A DNA stretch of 30,058 nt from an uncultured Candidatus Saccharibacteria bacterium (lineage in GTDB: Bacteria > Patescibacteriota > Minisyncoccia > Minisyncoccales > GWA2-38-27). The stretch spans positions 1-30,058 of the forward strand of contig CAZYOI010000002.1 of the NCBI GenBank assembly GCA_964648705.1, read 5' to 3'. This document shows, one piece after another, positions 7,993 to 16,187 of this stretch (position 1 is its first letter; the number at the start of each line of letters is the position of its first letter). The translations under genes were made by a program, and so were the position numbers. The notes under the pieces were generated by a model. That model worked only from the letters and a program-made list of their open reading frames with translations. It was not told where the DNA came from and did no database searches.

Positions 7993-10900
7993 CTAGATAT
8001 CAAGGTTCTCCACCTTTTTAGCGTAGTTCTGGATAAACTTCTTTCTGGGAGCCACCTCTCCCCCCATCAGAGTATCAAATATCTTATCTTCTGCCTTAAC
8101 GTCTTCAATAGTAACCTGAAGCAGAATTCTGTTCTCGGGATCCATAGTCGTCTCCCAAAGCTGAGAGGGATTCATTTCTCCCAGACCTTTGTATCTCTGG
8201 ATTGAGAGCTTGACGTTCTTATTCTCCTTCTTAAGCTTTTCTACAAGCTTCTTTCTGCCTTCTTCTGTATAGGCGTATTCTCTCTTTTTCCCTGCCTGGA
8301 TTTTGTAAAGAGGAGGCTGGGCGATATAGAGGTAGCCTTTCTCAATAATAGGCTTAAAGTACCTGTAAAACAAGGTTAAAAGCAGGGTTCTAATGTGGGA
8401 TCCGTCAACGTCAGCGTCCAAGGTCAGAATAATCCTGTGATATCTTGCCCTTTCAATGTCAAACTCCTCCCCTATGGCAGTACCTAAAGCTATAATCAAA
8501 GATTTAATCTCTTTTGAAGAGAGCATTCTGTCTATCCTTGCCTTCTCTACATTCAAAATCTTGCCTCTCAGAGGCAGAACAGCCTGAAACCTTCTATCTC
8601 TGGCGCTTTTGCAACTATTGTGAACAAAAACCCCTGAAGCTAAAGCGAAATTATGAGTATCTTTAACTTCCAAGTCATAAACATCTATTTTTTGCGGCAA
8701 TTTAATTATCTTTTTAATCTTGTGGTTATAATTTAATACAGTCTCTTTTAATCTTTGCTCAACATAGCGCTTGTCACATCCCTCTGTTCTGTTATAAACT
8801 CCATTCTTCAAATTATAGTCATCAGCTAAAAGATGAGTAAAGATCCACTTTTCTTTCTTAGAATCAAAGACCATCTCATATCCATCAATTGTTATTCTGC
8901 CGCCTTTCTTGGAATACTTCTTGTAGAGAGGCATTAGAGAATCTTCTGAAATTAAATCTTTTGCTTTTTTATAACTTCCATCTTTCAACATAAATTTATG
9001 ATCAAGAGTACATCTAATCTCCTCTCCATTATCCAAAATAACCTTTACTACTTCTGTATTAATTTTTGTCTTTCTCGGATACTCTATAAGACCAGCTCCT
9101 ATACTGCCGTCTTTTTTGATTGTATAACAATAATTCTTTTTCCCTTTTCTGTCCTCCTTAACTAACCGTTTAAAGGAAACATTTCTACCATCTAAAAGGG
9201 CGACCTCGGTATCTCCAGAAAAACAACCGCCCGCTGACGAGCCTTCAACAATAAACAATTCTGACTCCTCTGGCTTTTTAGAGGAACAGTCAGCAAGCTT
9301 CCCGGGCAGAGCCAGGCCTTCCAGAGCCCCTTTTCTCAATACTGTTTCTTTGGCTGTCTTAGCTGCTCTCCTTGCTCTGGAGGATAAAATACATTTTTCA
9401 ATAATAGCTTTGGCATCTCTCGGATTCCTCTCAAAAAAGTCAGTAAGGGCTTCGGAAACTACCTGGTCCACAGCAGATTTTACCTCTATGTTTCCCAGTT
9501 TCGCTTTGGTCTGGCCCTCAAACTGAGGCTCTTTTATCTTAACGGAAACCACCCCGGTAAAGCCCTCTCTTACATCCTGACCCGAGAGATTGTCGTCTGA
9601 TTCTTTAAGAAGGTCGTTCTTTCTGGCATAGTCGTTCAATCCCCTGGTAAGAGCCGAACGAAAACCGGTCAGATGGGTTCCTCCTTCCGCTGTAAAGATA
9701 TTATTGGCAAAGCTCTCCTCGTAGGTCTCATACTCTTCTGTATACTGAAAAGAGGCTTCTACCAATATGTCTTCTTTTTCTCCAGAAGCATAAAAGATAT
9801 TGTCATGCAGGGGCTTTACCCCATGAGTCAGATATTTGATATATGAAGCTATCCCTCCTTCGAAATAGAAAGTATAGCTTTTACCTCTCTTCTCTCTCCG
9901 GTCTTCAAAAGTTATCCTTACTCCGCTTGTTAGATAGGCCTGCTGGCGAAGATGGTTTAGAATCCTCTTGGAATTGAACTTTATCTCGCCGAATATCTCA
10001 GGATCCGGTTCAAAAACAACATTAGTTCCCGTACCCTTGCAGCTTCCCTCTTTCTTAAGCTTTGTTTTTGTTTTCCCTTTGGCATACTCTTGAGAATACT
10101 TCTTGCCTTCTCTGCAAACCTCCGCCCTTAAAAACTTAGAAAGGGCGCAAACTACAGAAACGCCTACTCCGTGAAGGCCGCCTGCTACCTGATAGGCCTT
10201 GCCTCCGAACTTTCCTCCGGCATGCAATGTAGTCATAACGGTCTCCAAAGCTGATTTCTTAGTTCCAGGGTGCCTGTCTACAGGAATGCCTCTTCCGTCG
10301 TCTTCTGTCCTGACCCTATTATCCGGCAGCAAAGCAATCTCTATATTCTTAGCATAGCCTCCAATCGCTTCGTCGAGAGAATTGTGAGCCAGAATAGGAG
10401 AAAAGCCCGCCACAAAATTCTCGCCTTCCGGAACCGAAATATCATAAACCCAGGGGTGATTATACTTTATCTTCTCTATTTTCTTTACTCTTAAAATACC
10501 CAAATCCGAATTCAAAAACTTAAAGGCCTCTCTTTTCAGCTCTATCTTATTTTCCTCCAAAAGGCCCAGAGCTTTATTGCAAGAAATTCCTCCTTTCATA
10601 TTAACACCGAAAGAATAAGGCCTTTTATGACTTACATTCGAAATAATCTGATTTGCCGGAATGTAATTGATATAGGAAGAACGACTATTCCAGTAAAAAT
10701 CTAAAGAATAAGAAAGAGATCCCTTTTTTATTCTCAGGGTTCTCTTTCTGCCTTTGTAATTCAGCCCAATAGATCTTTCTTTCTTAAGTCTTTGTTTTCT
10801 AAAAGAGTATGTTTTCTCAAGAGAAGAAAGAAGATAAGAAAAACCAGCTATTAGGTCCCGGCTCCCGCTTACCATAGTAAATTTTCTCCTTTCTTCTTTT

Positions 10901-12195
10901 GAAGGCGAAGTTCCTCCGAGCAGATGGCCGGCAAAAAGTTCACTAGGATAACCGTCTCCCGCCATATAGCCGATTAAATATCTTTCTCTCAGTTCTTTTT
11001 CAAGATTGAAAACAAATCCCGGTATCCTTTTGCTGGCGCTTCCTTTCCCTGTTTTTAATATATCTTTGAAAATAAGGGAGATTAGATAGGAATCTATAGC
11101 TACCGTCCTAGCTGTCTCATGAACATAATGCGGCTTTGACTCAACCCCGAAGCTTTTTTCTATTAACTTGCAAAGATAGCCTATCAATCTTTTCTCATGA
11201 GATCCTAGGCCGAAAACTACCCTGTTAAAAGTATCGCAGGAGCTTTTAACAATACATCCTTCGGCCGCAAAAAGACCTAACAGCTCAACCAAGTCTTTAT
11301 TGACTTCAATAAAGGGCTTTAAGCTAACTTTACTGTTGTTTCTATTGCCGATTAAACAAGATTCCTTGGCCTTCTTAATGCTTTCTTTCCCTAAGATTCT
11401 TAAAAAATTAAAAGGCAGGTAATCGTATCTTTTATAGTCCTGGAAGATATTGGAATAGTGCTGGCTGGAAGCTTTAGCGGCTTTCTTTCGAAGAAGAGGC
11501 TTCAGTTTTTCTCTATTCTCATAAGTGAGTAAATTTCCAACATTTCTAAGAATAAGACTTTCCGTTTTATGCTCGGACAAAGACAAAAACTCTTCTATAA
11601 GGTCTATTTTGTCTATTTTCTCCCGGGGTTCCGGCCACTTTTTGGGTACTACGACAGGCGTTCCTTTTTCAATATCAGATCCCTTTATAGAAACCACCTT
11701 TCCGTCTTTTAAACTAAAAAGAGAATGATAAGGGGTAATCTCAATCGTCCGATTGTTTTGAAGAGTCAAGCGATAAAGAGAACTGTTAACTTTATGCCTG
11801 ATTAAAGAAAAGGCCGGCTTGAACTTAAGCTTTAATGTTTTTGGATCAAAAGAAAGGGTTTGAATATCAAGATTCTTTCTCAAAATTTCAGCTTCGCCCT
11901 TTTTAGCCTTTTCAACAAAGGAGGCGTTCTCTTTAAAAGCCTTGTCAACCAATTCTCCTATCTTTTTTAATTCTGTTATCCCTTTTTCTTTTACAAAAAC
12001 AGGAGTGCTAAAACTGAGAGAATTATCAACCGTCTCCCAAATTAAATGATGAAGCCCGTCAGGCCCCGTAGACCCTATATACATAGCCGGCCTCTTTCTG
12101 ACAGGATCAAGCCCCTCTAAAACATAAATATCCTTTGCCCCGTATTCTGTATTCTTTTTTGAAGAAATTTTCTTCTTGGTTTTCTTTTTAGCCAT
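7993..12195 (-). CDS. gyrB: DNA gyrase subunit B precursor (1400 aa) with two inteins; ~650 aa mature; start reassigned to ATG 12195
   Basis: VLEGLDPVRKRPAMYIGS, ETVDN/SLDEA, GLHGVGVSVV, PQFEGQTK, LPGKLADC, PLRGKILN, DADVDGSHI, QRYKGLGEM, C-terminal ENLDI; 1400-547-203=650 aa. Confidence 0.96.
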   Translation of the reverse strand: MAKKKTKKKISSKKNTEYGAKDIYVLEGLDPVRKRPAMYIGSTGPDGLHHLIWETVDNSLSFSTPVFVKEKGITELKKIGELVDKAFKENASFVEKAKKGEAEILRKNLDIQTLSFDPKTLKLKFKPAFSLIRHKVNSSLYRLTLQNNRTIEITPYHSLFSLKDGKVVSIKGSDIEKGTPVVVPKKWPEPREKIDKIDLIEEFLSLSEHKTESLILRNVGNLLTYENREKLKPLLRKKAAKASSQHYSNIFQDYKRYDYLPFNFLRILGKESIKKAKESCLIGNRNNSKVSLKPFIEVNKDLVELLGLFAAEGCIVKSSCDTFNRVVFGLGSHEKRLIGYLCKLIEKSFGVESKPHYVHETARTVAIDSYLISLIFKDILKTGKGSASKRIPGFVFNLEKELRERYLIGYMAGDGYPSELFAGHLLGGTSPSKEERRKFTMVSGSRDLIAGFSYLLSSLEKTYSFRKQRLKKERSIGLNYKGRKRTLRIKKGSLSYSLDFYWNSRSSYINYIPANQIISNVSHKRPYSFGVNMKGGISCNKALGLLEENKIELKREAFKFLNSDLGILRVKKIEKIKYNHPWVYDISVPEGENFVAGFSPILAHNSLDEAIGGYAKNIEIALLPDNRVRTEDDGRGIPVDRHPGTKKSALETVMTTLHAGGKFGGKAYQVAGGLHGVGVSVVCALSKFLRAEVCREGKKYSQEYAKGKTKTKLKKEGSCKGTGTNVVFEPDPEIFGEIKFNSKRILNHLRQQAYLTSGVRITFEDRREKRGKSYTFYFEGGIASYIKYLTHGVKPLHDNIFYASGEKEDILVEASFQYTEEYETYEESFANNIFTAEGGTHLTGFRSALTRGLNDYARKNDLLKESDDNLSGQDVREGFTGVVSVKIKEPQFEGQTKAKLGNIEVKSAVDQVVSEALTDFFERNPRDAKAIIEKCILSSRARRAAKTAKETVLRKGALEGLALPGKLADCSSKKPEESELFIVEGSSAGGCFSGDTEVALLDGRNVSFKRLVKEDRKGKKNYCYTIKKDGSIGAGLIEYPRKTKINTEVVKVILDNGEEIRCTLDHKFMLKDGSYKKAKDLISEDSLMPLYKKYSKKGGRITIDGYEMVFDSKKEKWIFTHLLADDYNLKNGVYNRTEGCDKRYVEQRLKETVLNYNHKIKKIIKLPQKIDVYDLEVKDTHNFALASGVFVHNSCKSARDRRFQAVLPLRGKILNVEKARIDRMLSSKEIKSLIIALGTAIGEEFDIERARYHRIILTLDADVDGSHIRTLLLTLFYRYFKPIIEKGYLYIAQPPLYKIQAGKKREYAYTEEGRKKLVEKLKKENKNVKLSIQRYKGLGEMNPSQLWETTMDPENRILLQVTIEDVKAEDKIFDTLMGGEVAPRKKFIQNYAKKVENLDI
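8617..9225 (-). mobile_element. GyrB intein 2 (203 aa, Cys1...His-Asn, +1 Ser) in the Toprim motif; no complete endonuclease
   Basis: SAGG|CFSGDTEV start, CTLDHKF block B, VYDLEVKDTHNFALASGVFVHN|S end. Confidence 0.95.
10381..12021 (-). mobile_element. GyrB intein 1 (547 aa, Ser1...His-Asn, +1 Ser) with LAGLIDADG homing endonuclease, in the ATPase N-box
   Basis: VDN|SLSFSTPV start, ITPYHSLF block B, LLGLFAAEG and LIGYMAGDG LAGLIDADG motifs, VYDISVPEGENFVAGFSPILAHN|SLDEA end. Confidence 0.95.
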
Positions 12196-12197
12196 AG

Positions 12198-14189
12198 TTA
12201 TTTTCTTACCTGCCATTCGACTTTAGAATCTAAAGCCTTAATGATTTTATCTTGTAATTTGCTTATCTCTTTGTTATCCAGGGTCCTGTCTTCCGCCTGA
12301 TAGATAATATGGAAAGCGAGGTTCTTTTTGCCCTCTGGCATGCCTTCTCCTTCATAAATATCAAAGAGGTCTATATCCCTAATCAAAGAGCCGCCGGCAG
12401 AATTAATCCTGTTCATCACTTCCTCCGCCTTAACCCCTAAAGGAACCAAAACAGCGATATCTCTCACAGCTGAAGGATAGCGGGATATCGGCTGGTATTC
12501 CTGATCTTCTGAAGCTTTTTTCTGAAGCTTTTCAAAGTTAATCTCAAAAGCTGTTACTTTTTTGTCTATCTTCACTTTTTTAAGAATATTAGAAGATATC
12601 TCCCCCAAAAAGCCGATCTCTTCAGAATCCGCCTTAATTTCAGCGCGCCTCCCCTTTTCCCAAAAGCTCTTTTTGCTTTCTTCGGGCGTTGCTTTAAAGT
12701 CATCATACCAGATTTCGCTGATTCCCATCTTCTCTAAAAGATCGTCAACAATTCCTTTTAGCCTGTAAAAATCCTTGCTGTCGGAAAAAACAGAAAGCAT
12801 TCTTTCTTCTTTCCCCCTGAAAAAAACCTTTCCCAGCTCAAAGATGTCTATTTCATCGAAGTTTCTGCTGTTTTCCTTTATTGTTTTTAAAAGGTTGGGA
12901 ATCAAGCTTGGCCTCAAATACCCCTGATCTGAGCTTAAGGGGTTTTCAATCTTTGCCAGATCTTTCTTGTATCCAAAATCTTCTGCCTGCTTTTTAGAGA
13001 TAAAGGAGTAATTGTATACTTCAGAAAAGTTTTCTTTTAAAACATCTTTAACAAAATTCTCCCAAAAGACAGAGGAGTTCTTCTCGGGAGGAATCAAAGA
13101 AGAAAAGGGAAACTCTGAAGGAATGTTTTCAAAACCGTAAACCCTTCCAACCTCTTCTATTAAATCCTCCTCTATTGAAAGATCAAGGCGGTAGATAGGG
13201 ACTTTAACCCCCTTCTTTGAAACCTCAAAGCCCAATCTCTTTAAAATGTCTTTTATCTCTTTATCTTTAATCTCAATTCCAAGCAGCTTTCTTAAATAAT
13301 TGTTATCAAGCTTTATGGTTTTAGGAGTTCTTTTTTCCGGATAATAATCTATCATTCCTGAAATATCCCTGCCTCCGGCTTCTTTTTCTATGAGGTAGGC
13401 TGCCCTCTTTATAGCTTCTTCTGTAAGATTGGGGTCAAGCTCGTTTTCAAACCTCCAGGAAGCATCGGTCTTTAAATCAAGCTTTCTGGAAGACTTCCTT
13501 ATCAAAGAATAATTGAAATTGGCAGACTCCAAGATTATAGTTTTAGTCCCTTTCCCTATTTCAGCCTTCTTTCCTCCTTTTATGCCAGCCACGGCCAAGG
13601 GACCTTCTTTGTCTGATATCACCAGAATGCTGCTGTCCAGCTTGTACCTGTTATTGTCCAAGCTTACAATCTCTTCTCCCTTTTCAGCTCTCCTGACAAA
13701 AATACCCCCTGAAACCTTGTCATAGTCAAAGGCATGAAGGGGCTGCCCCGTTTCAAGCATAACGTAGTTGGCAATGTCTACAATGTTGTTTACAGGCTGA
13801 AGGCCACAGGCCTCGATTCTTTCTTTAATCCATTTGGGAGAAGGGCCTACTTTAACTTCTTTCATCACTAAAGCTGTATAACGGGAACAGTCCTTTTTGC
13901 TTTTAACTTGAATCTTTAAAAGGGAGCTATCTTTTCTGCCCCCGGTTTTCTCCTTCAAGGCCTCTATTCTCTTTCCTGTAAGGGCGGATATCTCTCTGGC
14001 CACCCCCAAATGAGAGAGACAGTCGGAAGACCTGTTGGGAAGAACGTCAATATCAAGAAGAAAATCCCCTTTCTTTTTCTCAATATCCTCCACTTCAAAG
14101 CTGTGCATAGTCAAAAGCTCTCCTAATTTTCCAGGTTTAGGAAGTTTTTTCTTGAAAAAAGATTGTAGCCAGTTATAGGAAAAAATCAT
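12198..14189 (-). CDS. pheT: Phenylalanyl-tRNA synthetase beta subunit (short form, apparently lacking the B2 OB-fold)
   Basis: MIFSYNWL, PNRSSDCLSHLGVAREI, NNIVDIANYVMLETGQPLHAFD, RLDLSIEEDLIEEVGRVYG, C-terminal RYPSAVRDIA anticodon-binding domain. Confidence 0.95.
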   Translation of the reverse strand: MIFSYNWLQSFFKKKLPKPGKLGELLTMHSFEVEDIEKKKGDFLLDIDVLPNRSSDCLSHLGVAREISALTGKRIEALKEKTGGRKDSSLLKIQVKSKKDCSRYTALVMKEVKVGPSPKWIKERIEACGLQPVNNIVDIANYVMLETGQPLHAFDYDKVSGGIFVRRAEKGEEIVSLDNNRYKLDSSILVISDKEGPLAVAGIKGGKKAEIGKGTKTIILESANFNYSLIRKSSRKLDLKTDASWRFENELDPNLTEEAIKRAAYLIEKEAGGRDISGMIDYYPEKRTPKTIKLDNNYLRKLLGIEIKDKEIKDILKRLGFEVSKKGVKVPIYRLDLSIEEDLIEEVGRVYGFENIPSEFPFSSLIPPEKNSSVFWENFVKDVLKENFSEVYNYSFISKKQAEDFGYKKDLAKIENPLSSDQGYLRPSLIPNLLKTIKENSRNFDEIDIFELGKVFFRGKEERMLSVFSDSKDFYRLKGIVDDLLEKMGISEIWYDDFKATPEESKKSFWEKGRRAEIKADSEEIGFLGEISSNILKKVKIDKKVTAFEINFEKLQKKASEDQEYQPISRYPSAVRDIAVLVPLGVKAEEVMNRINSAGGSLIRDIDLFDIYEGEGMPEGKKNLAFHIIYQAEDRTLDNKEISKLQDKIIKALDSKVEWQVRK

Positions 14190-14803
14190 ATTTTTATTTT
14201 CTTTACTTCTTTTTCAAAAAAGTCTTGAATCTCTTTTTTTGTAACTTCCTTTTCCAAAAAATGAATTCCTATATCTTCAATATCTTTAAGATAAACTATT
14301 TGCTCCAAAAAAAGGCGCTTGTTAAACTCATTCTTGTACTTTTTCTCTGCCACATCTATCATCCTTTCCAAAGAAAGATGTTTCCCCTTTAGAATAAAAT
14401 ATAGATCGACATAGTCTTTTAGAATTGGTCTCCTTCCTATGGAATAAGCTTTCATTGCCGAAATATCTTCAATTTTTAAGATTTTGATTCCTTGCAATTC
14501 TAGAAAGCCTGAAATTAAAGGGAAAGGATATTTTACAAAATCTATGGTTGTTCCACCAACTTTTACAGTCAGCCGCTCCGGGTTATTAATCTCAACTTCA
14601 ACTCTGAAATCCTTAAAAACTTTCTTAACTTTGCTTAAAAGGTCTCGAGAAATTTCTTTTTCTGAAAACAAATCGAAGTCAACTGAAACACGATGGCCCA
14701 TCTGCAAAGCTAAAGCTGTTCCTCCGACTAAATAAAAATTAGGAAAATTCTTAAGCTTTCGAAAAATCTTTCTCCGCTTCAGTTCTATCGCTTCTAGATG
14801 CAT
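14186..14803 (-). CDS. AbiEii/DUF1814-family nucleotidyltransferase (type IV TA toxin-like)
   Basis: FYLVGGTALALQMGHRVSVDFDLFS and MKAYSIGRRPILKDYVDLY motifs. Confidence 0.85.
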   Translation of the reverse strand: MHLEAIELKRRKIFRKLKNFPNFYLVGGTALALQMGHRVSVDFDLFSEKEISRDLLSKVKKVFKDFRVEVEINNPERLTVKVGGTTIDFVKYPFPLISGFLELQGIKILKIEDISAMKAYSIGRRPILKDYVDLYFILKGKHLSLERMIDVAEKKYKNEFNKRLFLEQIVYLKDIEDIGIHFLEKEVTKKEIQDFFEKEVKKIKI

Positions 14804-15083
14804 ATTTCATCTTTTTAATTTTTAAAAGCAGAAAAATTAAATTTAAAGCCCTTTTTCGAAAAGCGCTTGCTGGAATATTTCTGATTATTTCTCGAGATTC
14901 TCCCAGCCCGTAATATCTAAAAAGCCATTGCCAGTGCTCCCAGTCTCCGTAATTTACAGTTTGTATCATTATCTCCTCTTTATTTTCTTTCAAATCAAGA
15001 CTTGAAAAATCACAATACCAAAAAAGAGATTTAAAAAAACTTGGTAGTTTTGTTTTAGAATCTGGCTTGTTTAACTTTTTCAT
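14751..15083 (-). CDS. DUF6922-like small protein (putative antitoxin partner)
   Basis: LFWYCDFSSLDLKEN...IIQTVNYGDWEHWQWLFRYYG-type pattern; directly upstream of and overlapping the NTase gene. Confidence 0.7.
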   Translation of the reverse strand: MKKLNKPDSKTKLPSFFKSLFWYCDFSSLDLKENKEEIMIQTVNYGDWEHWQWLFRYYGLGESREIIRNIPASAFRKRALNLIFLLLKIKKMKYASRSDRTEAEKDFSKA

Positions 15084-15085
15084 AA

Positions 15086-16084
15086 TTAAAACTGCCCTAT
15101 AAATCTTAAGTCAGAACTTCTGAACAGCCTGACATCGTCAATCCTGTATTTCATCATAGCCAGCCTGTCCATGCCGATTCCAAAGGCAAATCCCTGCCAG
15201 CTCTCAGGATTTATGCCAGAAGCTGACAACACGTTAGGATGAACCATACCGGCTCCCAGCAGCTCCACCCATCCTGTCTGAGAACAAACGCTGCACCCCT
15301 TTCCTCCGCAGACCAGACAATTAATATCCACTTCAAAAGAGGGCTCTGTAAAGGGAAAGAAGCTGGGCCTCAGCCGGACTTTAACCTCTTTTTCAAAAAA
15401 CCTGCCTAAAAACTCTTTAATAACAGCCCTAAAATTGGCAGCTGAAACATCCTTCCCCACCATCAAGCCTTCTACCTGATAAAACTGAAAGTCATGAGAA
15501 GCATCAGTGGCTTCGTGTCTGTATATTCTTCCCGGAACCACAATTCTGAAAGGAGGGCTATTCTTTTCCATATACCTTATCTGAACAGGAGAAGTATGGG
15601 TCCTTAAAACCTTTCCGTTTTCCAGATAAAAAGTATCCCAGGCATCTCTAGCCGGATGGTCCTTTGGAATATTTAAAGCGTCAAAGTTGTAAAACTCTGT
15701 TTCAGCTTCAGGACCCTCTATAACGCTAAAGCCCATGCCCTGGAATAACTCCTCTATTTTCCTCTTAACTAAAGTCAAAGGATGTAAACGGCCTGTTGCG
15801 GGCTTCCGGCCCGGAATGCTGATATCCAGGCCCCCTTTTTCTTTTTTCCTTCTTGACAAAAGAATGTTCTTTTTTGACTCAATCTTTTCCTCTAAAATCT
15901 TCTTAACTTCATTCGCTTCTCTGCCGATCTTTTTTTTGTCAGAAGAACCCTTTAAAGAACGAAAAACCTTGGCAAGCTCTCCTTTTTTGCCCAAATACTC
16001 TTTATACACCCCGTTCAGCTCCTTTAAATCAGAGGAGTTTTTTATCCTTTCCAGGGCTTTTTTCTTAATATCTATTAACTCCAT
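15086..16084 (-). CDS. pheS: Phenylalanyl-tRNA synthetase alpha subunit
   Basis: GRLHPL, YNFDALNIPKDHPARDAWDTFY, LRTHTSPVQIR, FQFYQVEG, RPSFFPFTEPS, GFAFGIGMDRLAM. Confidence 0.98.
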   Translation of the reverse strand: MELIDIKKKALERIKNSSDLKELNGVYKEYLGKKGELAKVFRSLKGSSDKKKIGREANEVKKILEEKIESKKNILLSRRKKEKGGLDISIPGRKPATGRLHPLTLVKRKIEELFQGMGFSVIEGPEAETEFYNFDALNIPKDHPARDAWDTFYLENGKVLRTHTSPVQIRYMEKNSPPFRIVVPGRIYRHEATDASHDFQFYQVEGLMVGKDVSAANFRAVIKEFLGRFFEKEVKVRLRPSFFPFTEPSFEVDINCLVCGGKGCSVCSQTGWVELLGAGMVHPNVLSASGINPESWQGFAFGIGMDRLAMMKYRIDDVRLFRSSDLRFIGQF

Positions 16085-16093
16085 ATTATACCT

Positions 16094-16122
16094 ATTTTAC
16101 CTTAAAAAAGGCTCAAAATCAA
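16094..16122 (-). promoter_or_regulatory. Sigma70 promoter of pheS (near-leaderless)
   Basis: Minus strand TTGATT (16122-16117), 17 bp, TAAAAT (16099-16094); ATG 9 nt downstream; no SD. Confidence 0.6.
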
Positions 16123-16144
16123 CTCTGCATCTGGGGATAATTTT

Positions 16145-16179
16145 AAAATAAAAAGCCACCGTTTTTCAGACCGGTGGCT
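16145..16179 (-). terminator. Intrinsic terminator of the pyrD-pyrF-pyrE operon
   Basis: AGCCACCG/CGGTGGCT stem (16154-16161/16172-16179) followed by TTTTATTTT on the minus strand. Confidence 0.8.
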
Positions 16180-16187
16180 GCTGCTTT

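Noticed and set aside
10375-12024. 9-bp direct repeat read as a transposon target-site duplication
   Set aside because: The insert is in frame, has intein motifs and a LAGLIDADG domain, and has no transposase or terminal inverted repeats
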